A stretch of 64,000 nt of DNA from the NCBI GenBank assembly GCA_013265495.1, contig MU058065.1, forward strand, positions 6,696,302 through 6,760,301. The letters are read 5' to 3'. Positions within the stretch are counted from its first letter, which is position 1. Each line of letters begins with the position of its first letter. This document shows, one piece after another, positions 1 to 15,699 of this stretch. The position numbers and the translations under genes were made by a program. The stretch is from Vicugna vicugna. Taxonomy: Eukaryota. The notes below the pieces were generated by a model, which saw only the letters and a program-made list of their open reading frames with translations, searched no databases and was not told the origin of the DNA.

Positions 1-432
1 GCAGCCATTCCTTCCCTCCCCCTGGGAGCTGAGCCCAAATATTCACCCCTGATGAGCCCACTTAAAGGCCTCCATTGCACATACTGACATGTGGATGGAA
101 AAGGGGTGCAGAACATTTAGGCTGAGTTCTAATGGCCCCAAGCCCGGTAGATGTAGGCCTGCTCTTTTCCATGGAGCACTTCTTTCTTTGCCTGTGCTGC
201 CTTTGGGACTCCGTGCAGCCTGGGACCTGTGATCCCCTCACCTCCAGATCACCCTCTCATGCAGAGGTTCTCAGCTTTTTGTAACTAGTGTTGCCAGGCT
301 CTACTCAGTGGAAACAAACACCCCTCTAGGTCTGTACTCAGTTACAGGCATTGTTTCACTCTGTTCATCCCCTGCAGGAAGTCATGAGGATATAAATAAA
401 AATCAAGGTACATAGGTGGGAGTAACTGGTCA

Positions 433-747
<315 letters not shown>

Positions 748-1098
748 CTAGAGCTTGTACCATGCTGATCCTCCCTCCCCCGCCCCTGCCCAGGCCCAAA
801 CGAATGGTCAATATGTAGGAGGGGAGTTTCCCCACCAGAGAGGGAAGGTACTCCCAGTGCCAAGGGTGGGAATTCCCAGGGCCAAGTCCCCCCCCACCTC
901 TCTCTTTTGAGGACTATGCCTGGGTCAGTTGGGGGAGGGGCAGTGCCTGTCTTCAGATGGGCTATGATCTGTTCTGTAAGGGCCTGGAAGGTCGTCAGCA
1001 AAGATCCAACTGCTGATACCCTTGAAACATGTGACTGAAGGATGGGGTGAGGGAGAGGGCCCACGGTAGGGCCATCCCATCCCGGGGTCAGGGACTTA

Positions 1099-1281
<183 letters not shown>

Positions 1282-1851
1282 TTAGGCCTTTGTTCAAGCT
1301 GTTCTCCTTCCCAGAATATTGTCCCCACATCTTGCCACCCCTCCCCCCATCAACAACAAATGCCAACCGATCTTCTGGACTCTCAGCTCCAGGGTCATCA
1401 GCCTCTAATTCCTCCAAGTGAATCTGATCACACCCAACCTGGTACCTCTGCCCCCTGTACCTCATACCAACTGCCACAGTTGTTATTGTTTGTCATCACT
1501 GTACACCTGCATGCAGGGCTGTCTCACCTATTGGACTATAACCTCTCTGAAGAGATCACAAGGTTTGCCCATGCCCCATGCACATGCCCACAGGATGACA
1601 GCTAAATGGCCACCATGCCCTCCTCCCGGGCTTTAGGAGCCTGATAAGTGGAGGGTGAGAGAACTGCCCCTCCCACTCCCTGTCTGCTGGGGACCCAGGG
1701 ACTTCACGAGGATGGTGGGTGCCCACCTATCTTGACTTCCTGACCCTCAGCCCAGTCTGTTCTCATGGGACCCGGTCCTGACAAGCCCAGGCGGGGCAAG
1801 TACCAGCCAGGGTAGAAAGTCTGCACCCAGATCCCCCAACTCAGGCTCTTA

Positions 1852-2247
<396 letters not shown>

Positions 2248-2310
2248 TCAGAAAGGAGGCTACAGAGAGTGAGACAGAAGCAAGCTCCCTAGACCTCAAG
2301 CCCCGGGTCA

Positions 2311-3041
<731 letters not shown>

Positions 3042-3279
3042 TCACCATCACTTATCTCGTGCCTACTGTTTGCCCTGCTCAGTACTCAGGACAAGAAGGA
3101 CAATGAGACAGACTCTGAGCTTGCTGCTTACCAGGGGAGATGTGAAGTAAGGAATTCACAGAAGAGACCCAGAGGGTGAGGGGTTTATTTGGTGAAGGGA
3201 GTGGAGTTATGAAGCTGAAATGAGATGGGAAGAATATTTTAGGAAGAGCAGCGGTGCATCACAACCCCGCACAGGGCTA

Positions 3280-3420
3280 GGTGAAGACCAGATTCAGTGG
3301 CCCCACTGCCACGTTTGAGGCTCAGCAGGTCTATATGGGGCCCCAGAATTTGCATCTCTAACAGGCTCCAGCTGGTGCTGAAGCTGCTGGCCCAGGGACC
3401 AAAATTTGAGAATCACTGGG
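3280..3420. mobile_element. MER5A-like hAT-Charlie MITE
   Basis: agaatttgcatctctaacagg...gggaccaaaatttgagaatcactg resembles MER5A (from memory). Confidence 0.6.
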
Positions 3421-3644
3421 GTAGAGGAAACAACAGGCCAAGGCCAGGAAGCAGGGAGACTATAGAAAGTTTTATTTGGCTGTTTGGTGGAGGAAACAGG
3501 CAGAGGTGAGGGTGGACAGGCTGACCAACTGCCTCCCTCCAACTGCCACCATTCCAGGCCATCTCAGGCTACACAGTGAAAAGGAGGCACAAGGAATGGA
3601 GGGGACTTGCGAGTGACAGGCCACCAAATACAGGATGCCAGCAC

Positions 3645-5005
3645 GCAGGGCTGGCTTCACAGTGATTCGACCCAGCTGTCACATAGGGCCCTCCACTTGG
3701 TATAATACTCTACTGTGGCCATCTTGAAATTCTCAGTGATTTTCTCTTTGAACTTGTGTCTTATAAGTGCAGTCTGATGGGACAAAAGGACACGCACTCG
3801 AGATAACATGTGTCCACCCTGTTTCCTTGCTGCTCCTCCCTGACACAGCACATTAGCAACACCCATGAGCACAGAATTCTGGTGCACCCACCATGGGGGG
3901 AAATTCAAGGCTCAGGGTGAGTATAGATGAGTAACGGGGGATGGTGGGTACTGGCTGGCCTGAGAGGCCACGCTTTTGGTTCAAACCAGAATTTACTTCA
4001 AATGCATCAAGAAGGCAATGGTGTTCTAAGAAACAAAAATGACCGAGGAAACCCTACGGTGTTGTTCCTTATCATGTTACTTCCCTGTCGGATCCCATTA
4101 CTGAGGCCGCGAGTGCTGCTACAAAAGGAAAGGGAAAGGGGCAACCAACATGTCCTTTTCCTTCCAGCCCTTCCTTGCTCATCTGAGAGCTGAAGGCAGG
4201 GAGCGCTGGCAGAATGTGTGTGTATTGAGAAGTGAAATGAAGCGGGCTGGATGTAGCTCAAATGGTAGCTCAAGTGGTGCTAAGCATGCACAAGGTCCTG
4301 GGTTCAACCCCCCATACCTCCCCTAAAACTCCATCAATAAATAAAACTAATTACCTCTCCCCCCCAAAAATTAATAATAATAATAAAAGAAGTGAAATGA
4401 AAACAGCTGAGTTAGTTCTGTGCCACCACACTTCCACTGTTCTGATGAGAACATGACCCATTCCTGGATACAAGCTAAGAAATGTGTCACGTAGTTTCAG
4501 GGATTCCACATATGAGTTAAATGTATTTATATTTGCATTTAAAACTGCCATGGCAGGGTATCTAATGAATGGCATAATTCATGCTAATCACTGAGATTTT
4601 TAATCTTTCTCTACCCAGAATGACATTAAGTAGCAAATTAAAAACATCACCGCAAGTCAAGAGAGAGATCATGGCACCTCCTTCTTGCTTTTTTTTTCAG
4701 AACAGGAATAACTTATTTCTATGAATATGATTTTAATAATAGTCCCTAAGTATTTAGTAATAAAAGTTTTCTCCAAATCAGGAAAAAAAATCCAAAGTGA
4801 TTAGCAAATATTTTGTGTGTATGTACATACATATAATCTTTCTATAAAGGTTTTTCGACTTTGAACTTTAAAGCGATGGAAGCAGTGAAGGACTCAGTAC
4901 CAAAGTACATTTTGACATTTTGATAAGGGTTTTTCAGGTCAATTAACTCAGTTTCTGGGAGGCTCCAAATTCCATTTTACACTGGGCCCTGGGAAGTATG
5001 AGCAG
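3645..5005 (+). mobile_element. Zaphod/MER91-like hAT-Tip100 DNA transposon remnant, interrupted by a SINE
   Basis: Begins cagggctggcttcac, ends tttacactgggccctg; internal aaggcaatggtgttctaagaaac and gagttaaatg...atatttgcatttaaaactg match the Zaphod consensus as recalled. Confidence 0.6.
4242..4387 (+). mobile_element. tRNA-derived camelid-type SINE (Vic-1-like)
   Basis: A/B-box-like tagctcaa...ggttcaacccc, A-rich tail, 14-bp TSD agaagtgaaatgaa (4228-4241 / 4388-4401). Confidence 0.85.
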
Positions 5006-5919
5006 GAGCTGTCTCAGGCCCTGGGCTCTTGGGAGGGCAACCAAGGCTGGGGAGGGGCTAGGGTCAGTCAATGCTTAGGGTTACACAGCAAGGCAGTCAG
5101 AAAAGGGGGTAGAATTCTGGCTGATTAAGCCTAAGACCAAAAAGTCATGGTGAGGATGTGGATGAAAGACCCTAAACCCCTACAGGGGTTTACCGTGTCT
5201 ATGTTGGGGAGGGGGCATCTCTCAGGCTCCTTCGGGAAGAGCTAGCCGATTTGTCTGCAAAGAATTTGATCAAAATCTTACAGGTTTCTAGAAACAATTC
5301 AAATCTTACAGGTTTCTAGAGACAATTCACAAAGGTGAATCATTGCTGTCCTGGCTCTGTGCGCCCATGCACTTGTATCAGTGGGGAATTTGGACACGCC
5401 GTGCAGGGGTTTTGCCATCCTTTATTTGTCTTTATGCCTGTTTTTCATAAGCCCTCTTTGTTTTATTTTTAAATCCATTTCAGCCACTTCATACTTTCAC
5501 TCATTCCACAATATTTAGTGAGGCCTTGCTGTCAGCCCGTGCTGGGCACACAATGAGCAAGGCAGAGTCCTCGCCCTCTTGCAGCTTATATTCTAGTGGG
5601 ACAGACAGAATAATAACCATATTGTCAAGCGAAGATGACAAAATAAACAGGACAAAAGGAGAATGAGGACAGGAGCTGCTATTCTATCTGGTAGTCACAG
5701 AAGGCCTCTTTGAGGAGGTGACATTTCCAAGAAGTAAGGGAGCAGGCCGTGTGAGAGTCTCGGGGAGGCTCACCAAGAATGGGCAAAATCCCCCAGAGGG
5801 AGGGCGGGAGCTCGTGGGGGTTGCTAATTCTCTCCTTCTCCCTGCTGTGCTGTCCAAATGACAGAGGTTAGCCACAACACAGATGCCCAACCAAAGGGGA
5901 TTGGATGGAATCACCTAAA

Positions 5920-6170
5920 TATCCTGGATTGGACTTTAGACCAGAAAAAGAATGTGAGGGGACAATGAAATTTCAGTAAAGTCCAGAGAGAAGTTCACAG
6001 TTTGTATGGATGTTAATTTCTTGGTTTTGATCACTGTACTGTGGTTATAAAAGATGTTAACATTTGGCGGAGCTGGGTGAGGGGTATGTGGGAATTCTTT
6101 GTACAGATTTTGCAAGTCTGAAATGATTTCAAAATGAAAGGTTTAAAATAATAAATAAAAAAATAAAATC
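5920..6170 (+). mobile_element. Old L1M 3'-end fragment
   Basis: gatgttaacatttgg...ctgggtgaggggtatgtgggaattctttgtac...A-rich tail. Confidence 0.6.
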
Positions 6171-9100
6171 ACCCTTTCCTCTGTCCCCCGGCACCACCTC
6201 ACATCCATGCCCAGAGTCCTGTTCCCAAATTCATTTTTTCCTCCTCGGGCTTATGGAAAGTACAGGGGCTCTGGCAACAGAAACCTCTGGGTTCTAGTCA
6301 TGGCCTGGCCCATTCTTGCTCTGAGACTCTGGGCAAGTCAATGGTCTCACAGATCAGGGTCCTCATCTAGAAAATGGTGGTACCATGACTTACCTTGCAG
6401 GACTGTGTGAAGATTAAGTGACTTAAAACCAGACGACAAATGTTAACATTCTCCAAGGGCCTGGTGGGTGGAAGGTGTTTAGCAACTGCTGTTTCCTTCC
6501 CAAATTCAGCCAGGCACCCCTTACAGCTGCTACCACATGGCTGTCCGCATCTGGGAGGGACCGGTCAATGTTCCCCATCTTCCCTTACTGGATGCTTATC
6601 ATAAGGGCTTTGACCCCCAGTGAAGGTCAAGATGCACGAGGGCAGGGACTGTGCGCAAAGAAGCCCTGCTCTTTCACTGGCTATATTTAGCAAATATTTA
6701 CAGTACATGCTGGACAGGGTGCAGATGGAGGAGAACAAGGCAGATGGCTCCCTGCCAACATAGTGAAAGGATACAGCCAACAGATACCAAACTGGAAAAA
6801 AAACAACCAACTGGCGAGCAGTTCACTGCCATCTGAAGGGAATATGTCTTACTATAGACGGTGGTTGGGGAAGTTCCCTTCTTTGAGGGGGACACTTGAG
6901 CTGGGAAAAGACAGAAGAGGGAGCCAGTAGCATAGACTGTCCAGGGGTGGGGGGAGCGTTGCAGCACCAACACCCCAGGGCAGGCACGAGTAGGGCATGT
7001 TCTAGGAGTTGCCAGGAGGCTTCGAAGTCTCTAGGCAGGGACAGAAGGGGCGGGAACTGCCAGAGAAGGAGTCAGTGAGGTGGGCAGAGGCCAGGCCACA
7101 GAAAGGGAGTGGGAAACTGCTGGTGTGTTTTCAAGTGGGGAAGCATATGCTCCGAGTTCCCTTTCTAAGAGCTTGCTCAGCTGCTGTGCAGAGGGTACAG
7201 TGAAAGGGAGCAGAGTGGGAGGTGGCAGGAGAACCAAGTCACTAGGTGGTGGAGATGACAAGGGCCTGTACCAGAGCAGGTGTTGGAGATGGAGAAAGGT
7301 GGGGGTGGCTGCCAGACCTGAGATCCGTGCCAGGCTTGGAGGCGGGGGCGGGACGGGGTGGCCCTGGTGGGCCTGAGGTCTGGATCACTGTGCAGAGCAG
7401 GGGGAGAGGCCTGCGGACTAGAGATGCTGGGCCACTCTTCCTGGGCCCAGTCCTTCCCTGATAATGACTTCTTCATGACTCTCTCAAGTCCCTGAGCTCT
7501 GGCTCCTCCTCCATCTGCTGGTTGGCTGTATCACAGTCACCAGAGTCCATGACCGTGCTTGTCAGCTCTTCCTCCTACAGCCTCTCTTTCTGGGAAAGGC
7601 CCTGTCAGCCTCCTAGTTACACAACTTGAGCGCCCAATTAACCCCTTCCCCAGCATACGTGACACAAACAGGATTCCCTTCAATTTCTATTTCCACCCCC
7701 ACCACATGGGCTCACCCCTGGGAACAAGCCCTAGAAGATCTTAGCTGGGCCCTGACCAAAGCTTCCTTTATCCAGCTCTCTGCTTCTGAACCAAACTGCA
7801 AACCATCAGCAAACATTTAAGTTCCTAAAGCCCCACCTTTGACTGTGATCTGCTCCTACTCAAAAGCCTTCAGTGGCCCCCTGCTGCTGACAGGAGAGTG
7901 TCCAGCCCCTCATCAGGCTCTCTGTGAACTGGGAGCAGGTAAATCTCTGCCCCTTTCCCCTATACGGCCCAGTGAAAACCCTGTGTTCAGAGAGCAAACA
8001 AGCAGAGATCCCTAAATGTCTGTCAATAGTTCATGGATAAATACACAGTGATATATTCAGACCACAGGAAACTACACAGCCAGGAAAGCGAATGATCCAG
8101 CACATTAGCTCTCAGCCTGCACAAAACTCAAACACATAAGGTTGAGCTAACAGAGAAGCCAGACAACCTGACAGTATTTATGTAAAATGCCAAGGCCTGC
8201 AAAACCATCATTTGTATTGTTTAGGGATACAGATGTACGTAGTAAAAGAATAAAGGCCGCTGAGGGACAGTCTGCTAACGTGCATGTTAGCAGGGTTAAC
8301 TCAGGGGCAAAGAGGAGGTAAGCTGGGGAGTGGGCACCAGGCTTCAGAGGGTCTATAATATTTTCCTTCTTAAGCTGGGAGGTAGGGGAATTGCTCTATT
8401 ATCTGTCTTCTTTTGAATGCTTGAAATAACTCATTAAAATTTCAGACCGGCAGTCCTTTCTGGCTCCCACAGGTCTCAGCCTGGAATACCCTCTAGGCCT
8501 TTCTATTTACTGGAATTCTAAGTGTCCTTCAGGGCTGGGCTCAAATCCGGCTCCTGATTATCCTAGCAGAAAGCTGCCTTCCTTAGCTCCATCTGGAGCA
8601 GTCAGCCTCTCCCTGAGCCTCGGGGAGGAGCTAAGAGCCTCAGGGCTGGACCTTATCAGCTTCTACCTGGTGCCCTAATCAGCACCATGCAGCGGGGAGG
8701 TGGTCACCAGCCTGCTCCTTACGGCTCCTCTGCACCCCTGTGGCTGCCCCCAGCATAGAACTGGTACTCACAAAATGCTGGCTAAGTGACCAGGAAAGGA
8801 CAGTATAGGGCCAGGCATGCAGGTATTAAAGCAACTGGGCACAGAAAGCAGACTGCCAACTCTGAGGCCCCACGCTGCTGGCCCCGTGCCATGCTGGCAG
8901 ACCCTGTGAAGCCCAGCGGGGGCGTCCAGTGCCCAAGTTACTGCCTCCTTGGCCCCTGCTCTTCCTCCCCCTCCCGCCTCATGCCCCACTTCACCCACCT
9001 GCTTCCAAGTCCCTCCCCTCTCTGGGCTCTACCCACAGACCTCTGTTAAGCAGGTCACCTAGACCCAAGGGCATGGGTGGGGCTGTGTCACTGGGGCACA

Positions 9101-11599
9101 AAATCCCAACTTCCCTGGCCCTCGGGTCTGGGCTGGATAGGGAGTCACAGTCCTGGCTCTGCCTGTACAGATCAGAGCGTCTCTCTGGAGCCCATTGGCC
9201 TCAACTTTAATAATACTGACCTTTTCCACAGCTTTCCTAGACTCCACCTGTGAGCTAATAAGTGCCTCCCAGCAATTATTTCCTGTCATCTTCCAAGCAA
9301 CCCTGAGGCAGGGACTATTATTTTCTCCATTTTACAGACAAGGACAATGAAGCCCAAAGAGTGGGAAGGGATTTATTTGCTCAGAATCACAGAGCAGTGA
9401 GTGGTGGGGCAGAGATTCACCCCGCTGACCCCAGAGTCCACCCTCTTAACCGCTAAAATCCTCCCCAAGTCCCAAGAGAGGATAGGAGGAGATGAATGAG
9501 CCTGGACTATTTGGGGGCAGACCCAACTCCTTTGAGGCCCTTTGCTGGGAAAGCTGATCTGTCAGAGTGGTTACAGAGTCCCAGACACGAAGCCCGGGGC
9601 CTGGCCTCTGGAACCTCCTGGAGCACTAGTTTTAGTCTCTGAGACACAGACCCCTTTGAGAATCTGGTGAATGCTGTGAATTCTCTCCCTGGACCAACTC
9701 ATTACGTAGGCAGCATTTTGCCAAGGACTGCAGAGGGTCAGAGACGCCTGTGGCTCTCAGGAGAACCGGAGTCCTGAAGACCCCTTTGAATCTGAGCTCT
9801 GTGATTCTCCATCCTGGACTTAGACTGGGTGGATGGTTCCACAGGGAGCATAATGAGCCAGATGGAGAAGAGAATTTAGGGGAAAAGATGGGAAAATGCA
9901 AAAGTGAATGAGGCCCAGGGAAGAACCTGGCCTTCTATCTCTTATCTGAGTGCTCCTCCTCTCTGAAAGCGCAGCTGAGCCCAGAAAGTTCACGTGACTT
10001 ACAAGATGACATTGACCACCCTCCCTCCAGCAACCCCCGCAGGGCCTGATGTGGGATTCAACTCTCTGCCATAGGCTTCCCAGGCTGGGTCAGAATGTAC
10101 CAGAATGTATCAGAATGATCTGCGGGTGCTGACAAAACAAAGATTCTGACTTTTTCCTCTTTTGCTACGCTGCCCACCTCCTGAATTCTGATTCAGCAGT
10201 TCTGTGGCCCAGAACCATCCACTGTCACCTCACCAAAAAGAAAAGAAAGTTTCCTAATTGGTCCTCTGGGACCCAGATGGGAGACAGAAAAAACACTGTG
10301 CAGGGCAGGGCTGAAGTCGGCAGCAGGCCTGGGGGCGGCCTTGAAGGTGCCTGAGGGACCCTCCCTATGGGGTCAGGGCTGCAGGACACAGCACCAGCCA
10401 TCCCAGTGAGGGGTCACGGGCATACCTTTCATTCCTCGCCTCACTGAACCAGAGTGTGGCTTCTCTGGTATCTGAGTCTGAACCTCCAGCCCCATGAGAG
10501 GCCACATGGGACAGCTGGGGACAGTGCGACACAGCCTCTCCCCTACCCCTTCCTTCTGACCTGCAGCACAGAACACACAATGAACTCTTCTCCCCCTCCT
10601 CCCTCAGGCAGTCTCGTCATCCAGGCAGCCCTGAGAGAGGCTGGAGGGTTGTCTGTCCCAGCTAGGATCTGGCCCTGGACTCTACTGGGATCACAGGCCA
10701 GCCCAGGCTGGGAGGCCTCTGGCACGGGGTGCTTTGGGCTTCTCCTGTCATGCCCCCCAGGACCCAGCATGCCTAGGCTTTGCATCTGAGCAGCGACAGG
10801 CAATCTTTATGAAACCAAACCGGAAATACCTGTCTGAGGGCCGAGGGACCTGGATGGTCACCAGGACACAGAGTCCTTCTGGAGTGGAGCCTGCTCTGAG
10901 GCCCCTCAGGAACAAATTGAGCTGTTCAATGTTTCACACTTTCTCAAACCTGAAGAAAGTGAAGAATATGACACAGCTAAAAGGTCCTAGAGGGTGAGAG
11001 TTTCCTGGAGCTGCCAGCAGGTCTGCAGGGTAGCAGGGACAACTTCCCCAAGCCCAGTTGTGGGACCGTGCCTGAACAGGTCAAAGCACAGGCCTGACCG
11101 GGAGACCACAGTCCTCCGCAGACTTCGCAGCCCCCTCCCGATGTCACCCATCTTTCCCAGAGGGAGGAGGAGTTGCTGCTGACGGCTCTCGGGATCAGAG
11201 GCACAGTCACTGCTGGCAGCTTCTCCTCCATTTCTCAGTGCTGAGCGGGAGGCCTGGATTATTTTTGTCTCCTTGCCTCAAATCCCAGGCCACATGCTCA
11301 GTTGAGGCCCCCAGGTTTCTTTTGGTTTTAGTTTTAAGCTATTTCTTTCGCCTTCCCCTGCCCCTCTCCATCACCCTAGTCCCAGGCCCTCTTGATTCAG
11401 TCCTGTTCCCTGGGCTAGGCCTGTGGCAGTCCAGTGAGGGAATCACACCTGTGAACACTTAATGCAAGAATGAGCAAGAATATGCAATGAAAGCTTTAGG
11501 AGGGGAAACAGTGCCAGGGGTCACTTTGGAGGCAAAGGTGAATTGTGGCTGGGGAAGCTGGGCAGGCATCGTGGAGGAGGTGGCACCTGGGCCAAGCTT

Positions 11600-12260
11600 T
11601 CCATTCATTCAAAAACACTTTAACAAGGGCCAACTCTGCGCCAGGCACTGTTCTGGAAGCTGGGATACAGTAGTAAAATGTTTCTTCCCTCATGTGGCTT
11701 CTATTCCGGTGGGGGAGAGAAACGATGACATGTACCATGGAAAAGAATACAGCAGGGGGGAGTAAGAGAGTACAGGGGTGAGGGCACCGCTATTTTTACA
11801 CAGGGTGGTCAGGGCAGGCCTCTCTAAACAAGGTGAAATTTGAGCAGAGTCCTGAAGGAGCCAAGGCACAGCCATGAGACCATCTAGGGGAAGAAGGTTC
11901 TAGTGAGAGAGAACAGCAACAGAAGGGCTTGGAGGTGAGACTGTCTCTGAGTGTTTGAGGTCGAAGCCGGAAGGAGCAAGGTGAAGGGCATACAAGGTGA
12001 GGTAGGGGATGGGCAGGTCACTCTGGGCCTTTGAGGAATTTGAAGGGATCTAAACAGAGAAGTGACCCGTTTCTGACTTGCATCTTAACAGGTTCATCCT
12101 GGTTGCTGTGCTGAGAGTGCTTTGAGGGTACAAAGGGCTGACGGAAGCTGTCAATTGAGGAGGTCAGGTGAGAGGTGACCATGGGTTGGCCCAACGTTGT
12201 AGCAGCAGAGGTGGGGATAAGTATTCAGATTTTGGATATATTTTGAAGATCAGCTCTGAC
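11600..12260 (-). mobile_element. LINE-2 fragment
   Basis: cattcattcaaaa...tgcgccaggcactgttct...cagattttggatatattttgaag. Confidence 0.6.
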
Positions 12261-15200
12261 AATGCAACCACATTTGACAAGCAGGGATGCAGGGAGGAAG
12301 AAAGGTCTCGCAGGCCCTAGACAGGAAGTACAGAAAGATGACACACGGCCTGGGGAAGGCGGGGCTGGACAGTCTGGAGGGGGTATGGGAAGCCTTCAAA
12401 GGGCTGGTGAAGAGTGGGGACTCTATTCTGTAGGCAAAGTGGCCTGGGGAAGGGGGCACCTGTTTGGAGTCATGCTTTGGAAACGAACTCAGCAGCAGAG
12501 GGGAAGCTGGGTCGGGGGAGAGCGGAGGGGCCACTGTGGATGCTGGCGCTGCAGCTCTCCAAGATCCCGTGGTGGCCCAGCCCACTGCCTCTGCGCGACC
12601 TTCATTTGGGCCAGCGGGTTACTCACTCAAGGGCTTTCAGCTCAGGAACCTTACATCCATTGAAATCAAGCCAGTGGGCATAACTGGCCCTAGAGAAGGA
12701 GTTTCCGCTGGCAGAAGTGGAGCAAGCAAGGTTTGTCCCGGGATAGCTGGTTTTACTTGGGGAAGGAGGTTCAAGCAAGATCCTCTATGCCAAGGAATGA
12801 AGAGGGCGCTTGGTCATGGAGGGTGGAAGGGCTTTGTCAGCTAGGACTGTCCATCCTCAGAGGCTGCCACCATCCACTTTCTCAGCTCTGCAAGACATGC
12901 CCAGCTCTGCATGCACGCACACACCAGCCCAGCCTGGTTCTCCATTCACCCCTACTCTGCAGACAGGGGCTCTGCTCAGGGCTCGTTATCTACTCAACTC
13001 TCCTCAACTACCACTGAGAAGGCAAAGGGGAAGTGGGCCACGAAGCAGAGGGCACACGTTGGGGAGCACACACTCCTGATCCCAGCATCCTCGGGCATAC
13101 TCTGTCACTCCCGGGGAAACTGTCATGCCCTGCCTCCTTCCAGTTAGGGCTCTGCTCACATGCTCCTCTCCCCAACTCCTTGAGAACAGCAACCATTTTC
13201 TGCTCATATCAGTGATTCCACAATCCTGACCCAGGGCAGTCAGGGGTTCCCTGAATGAATGAAGGGATGTGGGATTTCCTGCTGGGTGGGGGGCAGGATA
13301 GGCTTGGAAGACAGAAGCATGTAAGGAAGCTCCAGAAAGAGCCATGGCCTGGCGCCATGTACTCTACCTCTCACCCATCCCCCATACTACAGAATGAGAA
13401 ATTGCTAACATTTCCTGAGCACTTACTACACGCCTGGCCCTGTGTAATTATGTGCACAATTTCATTTGATCCTCACAGGAGCCCTGTGAGGTAGGCACAG
13501 TTGGCATTCCCATTTTACGGATGTAAACAACTGAGGCACAGAGAGGCTGAGTTATTTGTCCGAGGTCACATGGCTACTAAGCCACAAAGCTGGGATTCAA
13601 AAGCAGATCGGTCTGACCCTGCATGCTATGTGCTTAACTACTGCTTGCACTGCCTCCTAGGCCTTGCAGAGTCCCAAATGCATGAGTCTACCTCAGGTTA
13701 GCCCAGATCAACCCTCCATTGTACCCAGTTATCCCCCTCCCAAGACGATGGTGCTTATGTTTGAGGAAAGCCCTTAATAACATTGTCAACAGCGGTGATC
13801 ATTATTATTAGTGATAATGTCAACAACCACTCTCTCCCCGTCATTGCTTCCTACTGCCACCGTCCACTTTTCAGTCCCAATAGGATCCTCTATTTGTGGT
13901 CCTCTTGGCCGCGTGTTTAGGGTGGAGTGTGCCCCTGCACGCTGCCCCTCCCCATCATGTCCTGCCCCCTCCCGTCCCCCTCCCGCTCCATCCTTCCTGG
14001 AGGCACCCTCACGACATCAACACCTACCTATTTCCCTGAGCTGGTTTCCTGCTAACACTCCCTGTCCCTCCCAGCAGCCAGAGGCCTCTCCCCCAAGGGA
14101 CTGGACTGATTGTTTCCCAGACTCTGGAGGGGCCGGATCTGGGATTCTGATTCCTGGCACGCCCTTCTGCTCTGCAAATTTGGGGAGTTGATTCAAATGC
14201 AAACTTGAAATCCAGCCACAGGAAAACTGAATTCCAAAGAAGCTCTCTGAGAATTCCAAGTTTGGGGATTTAGAAACTCTCAGATGCCAAGTTCTGAGAA
14301 TACTCAAGGGTTCTGGGGTGGCAATCTTGGGAATTCTGATCTCAGGACTTCTGATCTCAGTTCCTTGTGGAAACTTCTATTTTTCACTTCCTCAGGCCAT
14401 TTGTATGACTTCAACATTACCAGTTTTGAAAGCTAGTAGATTTTAAAATCCCTCCCAAATAGAGCTATACAATTCCCAGGAACTTTGTGAAAAGAAGTGT
14501 TTTTTAAATCCCCAATATGAAGATATTTAAATATTTGTAAATCTCATTATTTCAATGCTATTTACAGAGCAATGGTGACTTAGCTGGAGTATTATCGGGA
14601 ATGTGACCAATGTTTGGGCTATTAGAGATGTGAATGCCCCAAAAGGCACACACACAGAACTCTCCCTCCTGCCCTCACTCATGTTTTTCCTGTTTTTCTC
14701 CCACTGGGCCCTTATATCTCTATTTCTTAGACTGAGTGTAAATAGAATCCTAGGGCTGAAGCTTCTGGGATATCTGGGATGGTTTGGAGAGAAGGGATGA
14801 ATTGTACAATGTCTCTGAAACTCAGGAAATTCCCGGCTTAGGTCCTCCCCAAAACTGGCCTGTGGCCAGGGCTCCCACAGTTCTCATACCCAACATCACT
14901 GTCCTTGAACTGGGGCTTAAGGTCTTGCGCCCTGGCCCTGTTGGTAGCAGAAGGGATTAGGGGCCCTAGAAAGCCTTCCTCTTGTGGCTCCTTCTTGCCG
15001 CCTTAGTGTCTCTGCAGCAGAACAGAACTTCTTAACCACCCTTGCCTGGCCCAGAAAGGAGTAGAAGCCGGGGGAAGGGAAGAGTGAGAACTGGGATCGG
15101 ATTGGGGGTCAGAAAGGAAAAAGTCACTGGAGGTCAGAGAACCATCGGCAAGTCAGGTGGAGTGATTAGGATCGGATTTCACAGCCTGGAGCTTCTGACA

Positions 15201-15699
15201 CAGGCCAGGTTAGGGAGAAGGAAGGAAAGGGACAGGCGGACCTACAGAGTTGAGACTCTCTCGCTTGGGAAGGAAAAGCTTACATTGAGTGGTGCGGAGC
15301 TGATTGATGGGGAGACGCACAGGGACACATGGAAGGAGCTGGCGGTTTCAAGTGACACTGGATGGTCTGAGGCATTCCTGCTCTCCTGCACCTGCCTACT
15401 GGAGGAACTTGGGGTGGGGGGAGATCCGGCGTTCCTGCACCTGCTCTCTTTTCCCAGCTCCCTTGCCTCCAGCCCCTCATTTGGCTCTTTTCTCCAGATG
15501 TCCTCTCAACGCCCCCTTTCTCTGGCTACTCTGGCCTGCCCCTCCAAACCTCTTTCTCCAGCCTAATCCAATTGTCCACCCCCAACTTCTTCTTTTCCTC
15601 AATTCCCCCAAGTTAGTGGCTTCTTCAGCCTGCCTCCCTGATTGCTCTTTTCTGGCCCCAGATCCCCCAGCCCTAACCCCGTCAGAACCCCTAAGCCCT

